From assembly GCA_965249225.1 (NCBI GenBank), contig CBDFLT010000009.1, positions 159,593 through 223,592 of the forward strand: a stretch of 64,000 nucleotides of DNA. Direction: 5' to 3'. Of the stretch, positions 1 to 11,092 are shown piece by piece (the first letter of the stretch is position 1; every line of letters begins with the position of its first letter). The notes below the pieces were generated by a model. That model searched no databases. It was not told the DNA's origin and was given only the letters and a program-made list of their open reading frames with translations. The translations under genes were made by a program, and so were the position numbers. The DNA comes from Dehalococcoidia bacterium (GTDB taxonomy: Bacteria > Chloroflexota > Dehalococcoidia > Lucifugimonadales > G963668185).

Positions 1-1
1 C

Positions 2-337
2 TTGACCGGAATCGTGTTGGACAGGCCACACAACGGGTCGGCGGAACTGGACGTGGACGGGCTGTTTTTGGAGATAGGCGCCGATCCCCGCGTTGAGTTG
101 GCCAAGCAGCTAGGGGTTGTCCTCAACGACCAGAACGAGATCGTGGTCGACAAGCACATGCACACCAACGTAGAGGGGCTGTTCGCGGCCGGCGACTTGA
201 CCGACGCGTCCGGCGAGCTGAAGCAGACGATAACGGCCGCGGCCCAGGGGGCCATCGCCGCAACATCAGCCTACGCCTACGCGGCAGAACACCCCGAGGC
301 GTGCTCCCTACACGCCGTGGGATACGCAGTGGCGTAG
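2..337 (+). CDS. trxB: Thioredoxin-disulfide reductase family flavoprotein, C-terminal fragment (5' end outside window)
   Basis: The ORF runs off the left edge. Its C-terminus carries the FAD GD motif (LFAAGDLTD) and a QTITAAAQGAIAA tail typical of TrxB-like reductases. Confidence 0.65.
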   Translation: MTGIVLDRPHNGSAELDVDGLFLEIGADPRVELAKQLGVVLNDQNEIVVDKHMHTNVEGLFAAGDLTDASGELKQTITAAAQGAIAATSAYAYAAEHPEACSLHAVGYAVA

Positions 338-389
338 TCCCCCGATAGACTTCGACCCGGCTTTGACAGACCTCGCCAGGTCGATTCCG

Positions 390-1499
390 CTAGTGGTGGC
401 AACCTCGGGCGGCCACGTCGAACACACCCTCCACCACGCCGTTGCGGACGGCGATGTACTGGTCCCAGCGGTTAACCAGCAGGTCCTGCCAGCCGCTGTG
501 GAGGACGAACTTGTCCCCTACCCGCAGGTGTGTCGGGCCATCGGTCCTGATGACGATGTGCTCCTCGTGCAGCTCCTCGACCTTCGCCCCGGGCATGTCC
601 ACCACCGACGGGAATATGTTCCTGGGAGTGGGACCGGCCAGCGCTCTGCTGCCCACGTCTCCAACGGCGATACCGGGCCGGGGTGTGCTTATCACGGTCC
701 CCAGAATCTTGGCCGCGAAGGCAAAGTCCTCCACGAAGTCGGTCTTGGTGTCCATGACTGCGTATGTGCCTCCCTCGATCTCGGTCACCTCTGGGATGTC
801 CGTCGCCACGTCATAGGTCCAGGTCTCGCCGGATGACACCACCTTCACCTGGATGCCTTCGGCCTCGATGGCGTGTTTGACGTCCAGGCACCTTTGGATG
901 TACTCCCGCCCCTCGATCATCCGCGTCTCCCGGTCCGGCCTGGCCACGGACGGCGTCTGGTGGCTCATGACCCCCAGGAATTCGACTCCCGGCAGGTCCT
1001 GGGCCTTTTTGGCGATCTCCACGCCCCGCGGGATATCCCTTATGCCGGCCCGGCCCATCTGGGTGTCCACCTCTATGACAACGCCAATCGTCACCCCATG
1101 AGACTGCGCCGCCTGGGAGATGTCCTGGAGGTTCCGTGGGTCGTCGACCGCTACCTTCATATCGCCCCGTTTGGCCAGCGAACACAGCCTAGCGATCTTA
1201 TCTTCGGTGACAACCTGATTGGGAATGAGGATATCGTTTATCCCGCCCTCCACCATGACCTCGGCCTCGGCTACTTTGGCGGCACATACCCCACCTACCG
1301 TGCCGCCCGCGTCCATCTGCATTCGGGCCAGAAGAGGGCTCTTGATGTTCTTCGTGTGCTCCCTCATCTTGGTGCCGGTGTCACGATAGGTCTCCGCCAT
1401 TCGCCTGAAGTTGCCCTCAAGGGCGTCCATGTCCAGCAGCAGACAAGGGGTATCCAGCTCCGATATCGGGGTACCGGACTGAGGCCTATATGCGTCCAT
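390..1499 (-). CDS. PLP-dependent D-threonine aldolase / D-serine dehydratase-like enzyme (alanine racemase N-terminal fold, DSD1 family)
   Basis: 369-aa ORF with N-terminal LDTPCLLLD, a PLP-lysine context REHTKNIKSP, GGTVGGVCAAKVAEAEV, and a C-terminal small-barrel region typical of the family. Confidence 0.7.
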   Translation of the reverse strand: MDAYRPQSGTPISELDTPCLLLDMDALEGNFRRMAETYRDTGTKMREHTKNIKSPLLARMQMDAGGTVGGVCAAKVAEAEVMVEGGINDILIPNQVVTEDKIARLCSLAKRGDMKVAVDDPRNLQDISQAAQSHGVTIGVVIEVDTQMGRAGIRDIPRGVEIAKKAQDLPGVEFLGVMSHQTPSVARPDRETRMIEGREYIQRCLDVKHAIEAEGIQVKVVSSGETWTYDVATDIPEVTEIEGGTYAVMDTKTDFVEDFAFAAKILGTVISTPRPGIAVGDVGSRALAGPTPRNIFPSVVDMPGAKVEELHEEHIVIRTDGPTHLRVGDKFVLHSGWQDLLVNRWDQYIAVRNGVVEGVFDVAARGCHH

Positions 1500-1555
1500 A
1501 GATGCCCTCCCGTGTCAACGACTTGGTTCCCGCCGTCGGAGCTGCGCCGCGTCCA

Positions 1556-2686
1556 TCAGCGGTAGTGCCCCCTGGCGGCCACATCCCAAACCGCCTCCAG
1601 CCTGCCCTCGCGAACGGCTTGGATGTAATCGTACAGGTTGGCGCAGGCCCCTATCTCCCAGGGGATGAACCACACCTTGTCCTTCAGATCGACCTGGCCT
1701 CCTCCACCTCCATCCAGCTTGATGCGGCCGTGCTCGGCGCTCATAGGAAGCACCGTGGCGCCAGGAATGCTGTCAACTACTGGATGCCCCAGATCGGCGC
1801 CTATCGCTTTCTGTCCCGCGTCGAGGATGGCCATGTCCGGCTCGGGTACGCTGGTAACCGTCGCCAAAACCCTCGCCGCGCACGCAAGCTGACCGCGGTG
1901 CATCCGATACCTGGCGTCCATGAGGGCGTACGAGCCCGCCGCCACCTCCGTCACTCCAGTCATTGCGCCCGCGATCTCGTAGTTGTGCGTGCCTCCGGCG
2001 ATTACCGCCTCCACCTCTATACCCGCCTTCTCGACCATCTCCCTGGTGTCGAGGACCGGCTGAATCGCCCGACGGGACTCGGCGGCAAGCTCATCCGGGT
2101 CCTCGGCGAGTATGGCGCCTTCGTAGGTCATAAGGCCCTTGAAATTCAGGTTCGGTGCTCCCTTCACGGACTTCGCTAGGGCGACCGCCGGACCGCCCGG
2201 CTCCACGCCGCAGCGGTTCAGCCGGGTGTTTACCTCGACCGCCACGTTAAGCTCGACGCCCGCGGCACTGGCCCCCTGAGACAGGTCGCCCACGTTATAG
2301 GGGTTGTCCACCGCCACTCCGGTAGTGACTTGCCGGGCCAGCGCGCACAGTCGGCCGATCTTCTGCGGGGTCACGACCTCGTTGGCGACGAAGATATCTT
2401 TGAAGCCGGCGGAGGCGAAAACCTCGGCCTCGCCCACGGTGGTCACGGAGATACCGCCCACCGTACCGCCGGCGGCCATCTGCTTGTGGGCTATCGCCGG
2501 ACACCTGTGGGCCTCCACGTGGGGGCGAAGCTTGGAATCTCTTTGGCGGAAGAAGGAGTGGACCGTCTCGATGTTCCGCTCAAGATTCGACAGGTCAACT
2601 ACCAGGGCAGGAGTGTCCAGCTCCTCCTCAGGTGTACCGACGGCCTTGAGAATGGGCCGTTCCATTCCACCTCTCCCATATCCCAA
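1556..2686 (-). CDS. Paralogous DSD1/D-threonine aldolase-like protein lacking the canonical PLP lysine
   Basis: 376-aa ORF that aligns without gaps to the neighbour (LDTPALVVD, GGTVGGISVTTVGEAEV). The aligned lysine motif reads RPHVEAHRCP instead of HTKNIKSP. Confidence 0.65.
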   Translation of the reverse strand: MGYGRGGMERPILKAVGTPEEELDTPALVVDLSNLERNIETVHSFFRQRDSKLRPHVEAHRCPAIAHKQMAAGGTVGGISVTTVGEAEVFASAGFKDIFVANEVVTPQKIGRLCALARQVTTGVAVDNPYNVGDLSQGASAAGVELNVAVEVNTRLNRCGVEPGGPAVALAKSVKGAPNLNFKGLMTYEGAILAEDPDELAAESRRAIQPVLDTREMVEKAGIEVEAVIAGGTHNYEIAGAMTGVTEVAAGSYALMDARYRMHRGQLACAARVLATVTSVPEPDMAILDAGQKAIGADLGHPVVDSIPGATVLPMSAEHGRIKLDGGGGGQVDLKDKVWFIPWEIGACANLYDYIQAVREGRLEAVWDVAARGHYR

Positions 2687-2809
2687 AATAGGTCAGAGAG
2701 ATACTATATCACTATCCGCGCGTCCACTGGCGCGGGTGGCAGTTACCGGCTACGCCGGTGTTTTGGTATTATGGCTTCCGACGGTAGACATTCAGATGGA
2801 GAGGTTTAG

Positions 2810-3361
2810 TTGGAGCCCCAGGCGCTTGAAAACTCAGACGTCAGCCTGATGGATGGGGAACGCATAGATTCTGCCCTCGATTTAAAGGTGGGCCTCACAC
2901 AGTCTCCAGCCGACGGGGCCGATCTCCTGCTCCTCACCAACAAGCGACTCATCTACGTGTCCACCAACGGACGGCGTCGGAGGTCGGCGTTCCTGCCGGT
3001 TCGAGAGATAGCCAGCATCGAGGTCGCCGTCGACCGGAGCGGCTTTGGAGCCTACGTGTGGGCTGGGCTCGCCTTCTTGGTGGCGGGCCTGTTATGGCGG
3101 GTGATCGACCACCCCGCGGGCTCTGCGGCAGCAGCCATAGCGGTCGGGCTCATGGGGGTGTACCTGGTAGTGGAAAAGTTCATGGAGCCGGGTAAGTCCG
3201 TCGTCAAGTACAACGCGGGATCGGCGGAGCTCCAGTGTGATATCAACGGGCCAGGCGCATCGACTGACATCTACGATTTCATCAACAAGGTCTTCCAAAT
3301 GAAAGAGGGTCCCCCACAGGAGCCATCGCAGTCCGAGAGGAAATTCGTCCCGTGGTGGTGA
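2810..3361 (+). CDS. Small membrane protein with bacterial PH-like (YdbS/bPH_2-like) N-terminal segment
   Basis: 183-aa ORF with LLLTNKRLIYVS followed by two hydrophobic helices. The start is uncertain: TTG at 2810 or ATG at 2849. Confidence 0.35.
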   Translation: MEPQALENSDVSLMDGERIDSALDLKVGLTQSPADGADLLLLTNKRLIYVSTNGRRRRSAFLPVREIASIEVAVDRSGFGAYVWAGLAFLVAGLLWRVIDHPAGSAAAAIAVGLMGVYLVVEKFMEPGKSVVKYNAGSAELQCDINGPGASTDIYDFINKVFQMKEGPPQEPSQSERKFVPWW

Positions 3362-3403
3362 ACTTGGGCCCATCAACCACCCGTGAGCTTTTTCAGATAG
3401 CTA

Positions 3404-4426
3404 CTAGCCCAACCTGAGGCTAGGAACCGCGTCCAGGTCCCACTGGTGCACCGGTCCGTTCCGCAGATGGGGGTATGCTGCGGCCCCGATCATCGCGCCG
3501 TTGTCGGTGCACAGAGAGACCCTGGGCACGACCACCTCGACCGGCGCCCTTGCCACCATCTCCTTGCGTAGCAGGCTGTTGGCCGCCACGCCTCCTCCCA
3601 ACAGCACCCCTCTGGCCTCGTATTTCACGGCCGCCTCCACGGTCCGCTCCACCATGGAGTCTACTATGGCCTCCTGGAAGGCCGCGGCCACTCGGGCCAC
3701 TTCTCCCTCGTCCAGGCCGTCCTCCGGGGCCGGGTACATCCCTTTTTCCCGAGCCCTTTGGATGAGGGCGGTCTTCAAGCCGCTAAAGCTGAAGTCCAGC
3801 GTTCCCTTGACGCGGGGCCGCGGGAAACGGGCCTCATGGCCCTCGGCCCTCTCCGAGGCCTTCTGGATATAGGGCCCGCCGGGAAACCCCATCCCCAGCA
3901 CCCGTGCGGCCTTGTCGAAGGCCTCTCCGGCCGCGTCGTCCCGAGTTCGGCCCACCAGCTTGAACCGGCCGTGTCCCTCCATCAAGATCAGGTCCGTATG
4001 GCCTCCCGAGGCTATCAGACAGAGCAGAGGGAAGCCGGGACTGAGCTCAGGGTCCCTCTCCTCGAGCCACGCGGCGTAAACGTGCCCTTCCAGGTGGTTT
4101 ATTCCGATGAGGGGCAGCGCCTTGGCCAGCGCCAGACCCTTGGCCACATTGACCCCGATCAGCAACGAGCCGGCGAGGCCTGGACCGTGGGTGACGGCCA
4201 CGCCATCAAGCTCCTGCAGCTCGACCTCGGCATCCTCCAGCGCCCGCCGCACGGTCGATGCGATGGTCAAGAGGTGTTGCCTGGAAGCCACCTCAGGCAC
4301 TATACCGCCGAACGTGGCGTGAATGTCGGCCTGCGACGCTACGATGTCGGAGTGAATTACCCGGCCGTCTTCGATAACGGCGGCGGCGGTCTCATCGCAC
4401 GACGTCTCAATTCCGAGGACTTTCAC
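3404..4426 (-). CDS. tsaD: tRNA N6-adenosine threonylcarbamoyltransferase
   Basis: 340 aa with N-terminus MKVLGIETSCDETAAAV, an HLEGH metal site and GGVAAN, the classic TsaD/Kae1 signature set. Confidence 0.9.
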   Translation of the reverse strand: MKVLGIETSCDETAAAVIEDGRVIHSDIVASQADIHATFGGIVPEVASRQHLLTIASTVRRALEDAEVELQELDGVAVTHGPGLAGSLLIGVNVAKGLALAKALPLIGINHLEGHVYAAWLEERDPELSPGFPLLCLIASGGHTDLILMEGHGRFKLVGRTRDDAAGEAFDKAARVLGMGFPGGPYIQKASERAEGHEARFPRPRVKGTLDFSFSGLKTALIQRAREKGMYPAPEDGLDEGEVARVAAAFQEAIVDSMVERTVEAAVKYEARGVLLGGGVAANSLLRKEMVARAPVEVVVPRVSLCTDNGAMIGAAAYPHLRNGPVHQWDLDAVPSLRLG

Positions 4427-4537
4427 GGCTTAAAAACCATCGAGAAAACTACGCCCGGCCGCCAGGTAGTCCCTGGCGTGGCAACGCACAGACAGGCGAT
4501 GGGACTATGGTACCATCATTGGGCCATTGCACCTCTG

Positions 4538-5830
<1,293 letters not shown>

Positions 5831-5844
5831 GCCCACTTAAACCC

Positions 5845-6558
5845 TCAGGCTCCAGGGGAAGCGGCCGCGGCCTGGCGGATTCGCGATATGCCGTCGGCGA
5901 CGCTCATCTCGCTGTTGTAGACGGCCGAGCCCGCCACCAGCACCCTCGCGCCGGCGTCCACGACGGTCTTGGCCGTCCCCTTATCGATCCCGCCGTCCAC
6001 CTCTAGTTCCGCGTGTAGGCCCCGGTCATCGAGCATCGCCCTCATGCGCCGCACCTTCTCGACCATGCTCGGAATGAACGCCTGCCCTCCATGGCCGGGG
6101 TTGACGGTCATCACCAGAACCAGGGCGAGGTCCGGGAGGACCTCCTCCACGGCCGATATCGACGTGGCCGGACCCAGCGCGACGCCCGCCCCCACCTCCA
6201 CTTCCTTGATCCGCTGCACCGTCCTGTGCAGATGCACGCACGCCTCAGCGTGGACGGTGATGATGTCCGCTCCCGCCCGAGCCATGTCGCCTATGAACTC
6301 ATCCGGGGCGGCGACCATCATGTGCACGTCCAAGGGCAGGTCGGTCCACGACCTGATGGCCCGGACCATCATCGGCCCGAAAGTCAGGTTTGGGACGAAG
6401 CGTCCATCCATCACGTCTACGTGGATGTAGTCGGCCCCTCCCTTGGTGGCCTCCTCGACCTGCTCGCCCAGACGGGCGAAGTCGGCCGAAAGGATGGAGG
6501 GCGCGATCTTGATGCGCGTGCTACTCTCCACTCTCCGCCTCCAATTGGGACCTCGCAT
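5845..6558 (-). CDS. rpe: Ribulose-phosphate 3-epimerase
   Basis: [29 protein letters not shown] and a [12 protein letters not shown]-type motif. An alternative GTG start at 6531 is preceded by GGAGG. Confidence 0.9.
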   Translation of the reverse strand: MRGPNWRRRVESSTRIKIAPSILSADFARLGEQVEEATKGGADYIHVDVMDGRFVPNLTFGPMMVRAIRSWTDLPLDVHMMVAAPDEFIGDMARAGADIITVHAEACVHLHRTVQRIKEVEVGAGVALGPATSISAVEEVLPDLALVLVMTVNPGHGGQAFIPSMVEKVRRMRAMLDDRGLHAELEVDGGIDKGTAKTVVDAGARVLVAGSAVYNSEMSVADGISRIRQAAAASPGA

Positions 6559-7855
6559 CCTCGATGGCCCGCCTCACTTGAGAGAACGCGGTGCCGCCGG
6601 GCACATCTCGGGCCGACACCGATGACTCAACCGTGATGGAAAATACGTCCTCATCGAAAAGGTCGGAGACCCCGCGATAGTCGTCGATGGACAACTCATA
6701 GAGCTGCTTCGACTGCTCTGACGCATGGGCCAATAGACGCGCCACCACGCCGTGCGCCTCCCTGAAAGGCATCCCTTTAATGACGAGGTAATCGGCGATG
6801 TCGGTGGCGAGAAGGTGGCCGCTCCCCGCGGCCTGTCGCATCCGCTCGGTGTTGACACGCATGGTGGATACCATCCCGGTGAACGCGTCAAGCGTGGGCA
6901 ACAGCGTATCGACGGTGTCGAAGAATCCCTCCTTGTCCTCCTGCAGGTCCCGGTTATACGTCAGCGGGAGGCCCTTGAGCACGGTGAGCAGACCCAGCAG
7001 ATGCCCTAGCACACGCCCGGTCTTCCCCCGGGCGAGCTCGGCGAAGTCGGGGTTACGCTTCTGGGGCATCATGCTGCTGCCGGTCGTGTATTCGTCCGCC
7101 AGACTGATGAACCCGAACTCGTCCGAGGACCAGACGACCATCTCCTCGCCCAACCGCGAGAGGTGAACCATGCAGATCGCCGCCGCCGACTGGAACTCAA
7201 GCAAGAAGTCCCTATCGCCCACGGCGTCCATGCTATTGGAGGAGATGCGGCTGAACCCCAGCTGGTCGGCGACGAACCGGCGGTCGATGGGGTATGGCAG
7301 GCCCGCCAGCGCGCCGCTTCCCAGGGGTAGGACGTCGGCGCTCTCGCAGGCACGCTGAAACCGCTGCTCGTCCCGCCCCAGCATATCGAAGTAGGCCAGC
7401 ATGTGGTGGGCGAACAGCACCGGTTGGGCCCGCTGGAGGTGGGTGTAGCCGGGCATCACGGCCTCGGCATGCTCCTCCGCCCCGGCGACGAGGGCAGCGC
7501 GCAACCTGCGGACTGCGTCGAGCACTTGTGCGTTAACCTCCTTGGCGTACATGCGCACGTCCAGGACGACCTGGTCGTTACGAGAACGGGCCGTGTGCAG
7601 CTTGCCCGCCACGTCGCCTATTTTCTCGAACAGACGCCCCTCGATGTTCATGTGCAGGTCTTCCAGCTCTTCGCGCCAGGGGAAAGTGCCGTCCTCGATC
7701 TCACCGCGTATCGCCTCGAGCCCCTCGACGATGGACTCGGCCTCGCTCTCCCTTATGATGCTCTGCCTGGCCAGCATCTTGACGTGCGCAACCGAGCCGG
7801 CGATATCCTGCCTGTACAGCCGGCGGTCATAGTGTATCGATGACGTGTAGCTCAA
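6521..7855 (-). CDS. argH: Argininosuccinate lyase (short N-terminus, TTG start)
   Basis: 444 aa with fumarate-lyase superfamily motifs ([23 protein letters not shown]). The ORF begins at the [19 protein letters not shown] segment. Confidence 0.9.
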   Translation of the reverse strand: MSYTSSIHYDRRLYRQDIAGSVAHVKMLARQSIIRESEAESIVEGLEAIRGEIEDGTFPWREELEDLHMNIEGRLFEKIGDVAGKLHTARSRNDQVVLDVRMYAKEVNAQVLDAVRRLRAALVAGAEEHAEAVMPGYTHLQRAQPVLFAHHMLAYFDMLGRDEQRFQRACESADVLPLGSGALAGLPYPIDRRFVADQLGFSRISSNSMDAVGDRDFLLEFQSAAAICMVHLSRLGEEMVVWSSDEFGFISLADEYTTGSSMMPQKRNPDFAELARGKTGRVLGHLLGLLTVLKGLPLTYNRDLQEDKEGFFDTVDTLLPTLDAFTGMVSTMRVNTERMRQAAGSGHLLATDIADYLVIKGMPFREAHGVVARLLAHASEQSKQLYELSIDDYRGVSDLFDEDVFSITVESSVSARDVPGGTAFSQVRRAIEDARSQLEAESGE

Positions 7856-7960
7856 CTGGTTATCGCCCGTCTGACGTACTTTGTAGGATGATTATTCCCA
7901 CCCATCCACCCTGGACTAAGTGCGAGAACGCTCCACCAGGACACAAACTTCAACTTATTC

Positions 7961-8443
7961 CTAGTCGCCACGCCTGGGCACAAGGAAGCGGCGACGCAGC
8001 GTCAGCACGCGGTCGTCATGCTGGTTGAAGGCGCGGCTCTCGATATAGACTACGCCTCGGTCCCCCCGGCCACGGGACTCCCGCACCTCGAGGATCTCGC
8101 TTTCGGCGTATATAGTGTCGCCCTGGAACACGGGCCCATCATGGGTAATCCGCTCATACTCCAGGTTGGCGACCGCCTTGCCGGAGGTGTCCCGAACGCT
8201 CATGCCAACCACCAGACTCAAGACCAGCGCGCCGTTGACCAGTATCCGGCCATGCTGGTGGTCCTCCATGTATTTTTCGTCTATATGAAGCGGGTTGTGG
8301 TTCATGGTCAGCAGGGAGAAGAGGTGGTTGTCCATCTCGGCGATCGTCTTCCCCGGCCAATGCTTGAATACGTCGCCGGGCTTGAAGTCCTCGAGGTAGC
8401 GACCGAAGGTGTCTCTGCCGTCGTGGATCATTTGCGCAACCAC
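7961..8443 (-). CDS. MaoC-like (R)-specific enoyl-CoA hydratase / hot-dog fold dehydratase
   Basis: 160 aa containing LFSLLTMNHNPLHIDEKYMEDHQHGRILVNGALVLSLVVGMS, typical of the MaoC dehydratase domain. Confidence 0.75.
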   Translation of the reverse strand: MVAQMIHDGRDTFGRYLEDFKPGDVFKHWPGKTIAEMDNHLFSLLTMNHNPLHIDEKYMEDHQHGRILVNGALVLSLVVGMSVRDTSGKAVANLEYERITHDGPVFQGDTIYAESEILEVRESRGRGDRGVVYIESRAFNQHDDRVLTLRRRFLVPRRGD

Positions 8444-9690
8444 GGGAACTGCCTGGCGCCGAAGTTCTTGGCTGATATCTCCAGGACCTTAAGGAAGCCC
8501 TCGGCGTCGACATGGTCGTAAGTGCCCATGGCCTCCATAGACGAGTCGTCGGTGTAAAGCGAATGGGGCATCGCCTCAGGCGTGTCGTCGGCGGTCTCGA
8601 AGTGGACATCCCCCTTGTACAGACGGACGGATATGGTGCCGGTAGCCAGACGCCTGATAGGCTCCAGCGCGGCCAGCGCGGAGGTGGTGGCCAGGTCCAG
8701 CCAGTAGCCCTGGTAGATCTGAAGGCCGATCACCCTGGAGAGATGGTCGAAGAACTCCCTGGCCCGCCGGTCCAGCACGAACTGGATCAGATACTCATAG
8801 GACCTGCCGAGCATCTCCATGCCCGGAGCTTCGTACAGGCCACGGGACTTTACTCCTACGTACCTGTTTTCGACCACATGGGTACCGATGCCGACGCCGT
8901 GCTTTCCAGCCAGTCCGTTGGCCTCAGTGAAAATCTCCATCAGGCCCATCCGACGGCCGTTCAGCGCCACCGGAACGCCCTCCTCCCAGCGAACGCTTAC
9001 GACCTCGAACCGGTCTGGGGCGTCCCACGGCCACACGCCCATGCCAGGCTCAACGAAACTCGGCGCGACCCCGACGTCCTCAAGGTCGCCGGCCTCGTGA
9101 GTCAGACCGAGGAAGTTGGCGTCGGTGGAGTAACGCGCCTCACCAGCCGGTTTGATGGGCAGGCCGTTGGACCGGCAGTAGTCTATCATCTGCTGCCGGC
9201 CAGGGAAGCGGCTTACGAACTCGGAGTCCCTCCAGGGTGCATACACCACCATGGACGGCTCAAGGATGTTGCAGGCGAGCTGAAACCGCACTTGATCGTT
9301 GCCCCGGCCGGTGGCGCCGTGAAAAAACACCCCGATATCTTGGGCCCTGAGCTGAGGAAGGATCTCGCCCACGGTGACCGGGCGCGCTATTCCGGTGGTG
9401 TTCCAGTAGCCGCCTTCGTATCTGGCCTGCGCCTGGATCACCTTAAGGCCGGCCTCCGCCAGCGCGTCCCGCCCGGGGACGATGGTGGCGCTTGCGGCGC
9501 CGCAGGCCAGCATCCGGTCCTTCACGGCATCGAGGCTCTCCTCGTCCGGCTGGCCCAAATCGACGGTGAAGCAGTGGACCGAGAACCCGTGGTCACTCAG
9601 CCAATGGGTAGCCGCGCAGCTATCCAAGCCGCCCGAGACCGCACCCCCGACGAGACTGACCTCCCGCTCTTTTAGCTCACGCCAGTCCAA
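8428..9690 (-). CDS. argG: Argininosuccinate synthase
   Basis: 420 aa with the N-terminal ATP-PPase motif SGGLDS, a central GATGRGNDQVRF motif and an ARYSTDANFLG-type segment. Confidence 0.85.
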   Translation of the reverse strand: MDWRELKEREVSLVGGAVSGGLDSCAATHWLSDHGFSVHCFTVDLGQPDEESLDAVKDRMLACGAASATIVPGRDALAEAGLKVIQAQARYEGGYWNTTGIARPVTVGEILPQLRAQDIGVFFHGATGRGNDQVRFQLACNILEPSMVVYAPWRDSEFVSRFPGRQQMIDYCRSNGLPIKPAGEARYSTDANFLGLTHEAGDLEDVGVAPSFVEPGMGVWPWDAPDRFEVVSVRWEEGVPVALNGRRMGLMEIFTEANGLAGKHGVGIGTHVVENRYVGVKSRGLYEAPGMEMLGRSYEYLIQFVLDRRAREFFDHLSRVIGLQIYQGYWLDLATTSALAALEPIRRLATGTISVRLYKGDVHFETADDTPEAMPHSLYTDDSSMEAMGTYDHVDAEGFLKVLEISAKNFGARQFPWLRK

Positions 9691-9888
9691 TAGTCGAGAC
9701 CTCCGGGAATGTGCTCAACGTCACGCTCATTCCATACTTGATGAGACTATCGTAGCACTTCCGAACAACCCTGAATCTCCCAGGAGGTGTTTCGGACCCT
9801 TACTCCATACACCCCACACTAGGGTAGTTGTTCTCGCCTAACCCGCCCTGGATGGCGTCCCTGAAAGCTCCAGCCCGGGCACGATGCA

Positions 9889-11091
9889 TTAGGAGCCGCT
9901 CTGGCCCACAGCCGCGTTCAGACCAGCATCCAACCGCTCGAGTGCGTGGTCGATCTCCTCCCCAGTGACGGTCAGTGGAGGCATTAGGCGAACGGCATTG
10001 GACCTAAGAGGGTTCAGGAGCAACCCCACCTCGTTACAGGCTGAGACCACGGCCGCGGATATGTCAGAGTTGAAGAACACGGCATAAAGCAGGCCCATGC
10101 CCCTGATCTCGGATATGAACTCGTGGTTTTCTCCCAGCTTTTCCAGGCCGCGCCTCAGACGGTCGCCCATCCGTCGAGCATGGGCCGGCACGTCGTTATC
10201 GATGATGTACCTGGTCGAGGCGTTGGCCGCCGCGCAGGTCAGTGCGTTGCCTCCGAAGGTGGAGCCGTGATCGCCCGGCCGCAGGACAGCGACATGCTCC
10301 TTGGCCAGGAAGGCACCGATGGGAACACCTCCACCCAGGCCTTTGGCCAGCGTCATGACATCGGGCTCTACGCCGAACACCTGATAACCGAACAGGGTTC
10401 CGAGACGGCCGAGGCCGGTCTGCACCTCGTCCAGGATCAACAGCAGGCCCTGTTCGTCGCACCACCGTCTCACCTCCCCCAGGTACCCAGGCGACGGCAC
10501 ATTCACTCCTCCCTCCCCCTGCACCGGCTCCAGCATGACTGCGACGGTCTTATCGGTGGTCGCCTGTTTGATGGCGTCGACATCGTCGTAATCGACGTAT
10601 GTGAAGCCCTGGGGGATGGGCTGAAAGGACTCCTGGTAGTGAGGCTGGGCCGTGGCCGCCACCATGGTAAGAGTCCTGCCGTGGAAAGAGTTGTACGCGG
10701 TAATGATCTCGTAGGCGCCGTTCCGATGCATCTTGCCATACTTGCGGGCCAGCTTGACCGCCCCCTCGTTGGCCTCGGCGCCGCTGTTACAAATAAAGAC
10801 CTTGTCCAAGCAGCTGTTGTCCACCAGCGCCTGGGCGAGCTCGATCTGCGGAATGGTATAAAACTGATTAGAGGTCTGAAGCAGAGTACGCGCCTGTTGG
10901 GCGATGACATCGGCGATCACCGGGTTCGAGTGGCCGACGGCGTTCACGGCCCACCCCGAAGTGAAGTCCAGATACTCCTTTCCGGTGTCATCCCATACCG
11001 CAGTGCCCTCGCCACGCACAATGACGACCGGCTGACGGCGGGCGCAGAACATGTAATACTTGCTTTCGAGCTCCTTCCAATCGACAGGCAT
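9889..11091 (-). CDS. argD: Acetylornithine aminotransferase
   Basis: Class-III aminotransferase (GWAVNAVGHSNP, LILDEVQTGLGRLG, TLAKGLGGGVPIGA). ATG at 11091 lies 1 nt after the UPF0182 stop codon, so the longer track ORF (to 11271) is rejected. Confidence 0.85.
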   Translation of the reverse strand: MPVDWKELESKYYMFCARRQPVVIVRGEGTAVWDDTGKEYLDFTSGWAVNAVGHSNPVIADVIAQQARTLLQTSNQFYTIPQIELAQALVDNSCLDKVFICNSGAEANEGAVKLARKYGKMHRNGAYEIITAYNSFHGRTLTMVAATAQPHYQESFQPIPQGFTYVDYDDVDAIKQATTDKTVAVMLEPVQGEGGVNVPSPGYLGEVRRWCDEQGLLLILDEVQTGLGRLGTLFGYQVFGVEPDVMTLAKGLGGGVPIGAFLAKEHVAVLRPGDHGSTFGGNALTCAAANASTRYIIDNDVPAHARRMGDRLRRGLEKLGENHEFISEIRGMGLLYAVFFNSDISAAVVSACNEVGLLLNPLRSNAVRLMPPLTVTGEEIDHALERLDAGLNAAVGQSGS

Positions 11092-11092
11092 C

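Noticed and set aside
3758-4537. The 690-aa track ORF suggests a 260-aa N-terminal extension of hemL.
   Set aside because: The extension is antisense to the strongly supported tsaD gene and has low-complexity high-GC composition. HemL homology starts at ATG 4538.
8512-9675. A 387-aa plus-strand ORF, with many similar long ORFs such as 15120-16100, 10123-11163 and 33437-34303.
   Set aside because: They lie antisense to genes with clear homology (argG, argJ, argD, DUF1800) and have Arg/Gly/Pro/His-rich composition typical of spurious antisense ORFs in high-GC DNA.
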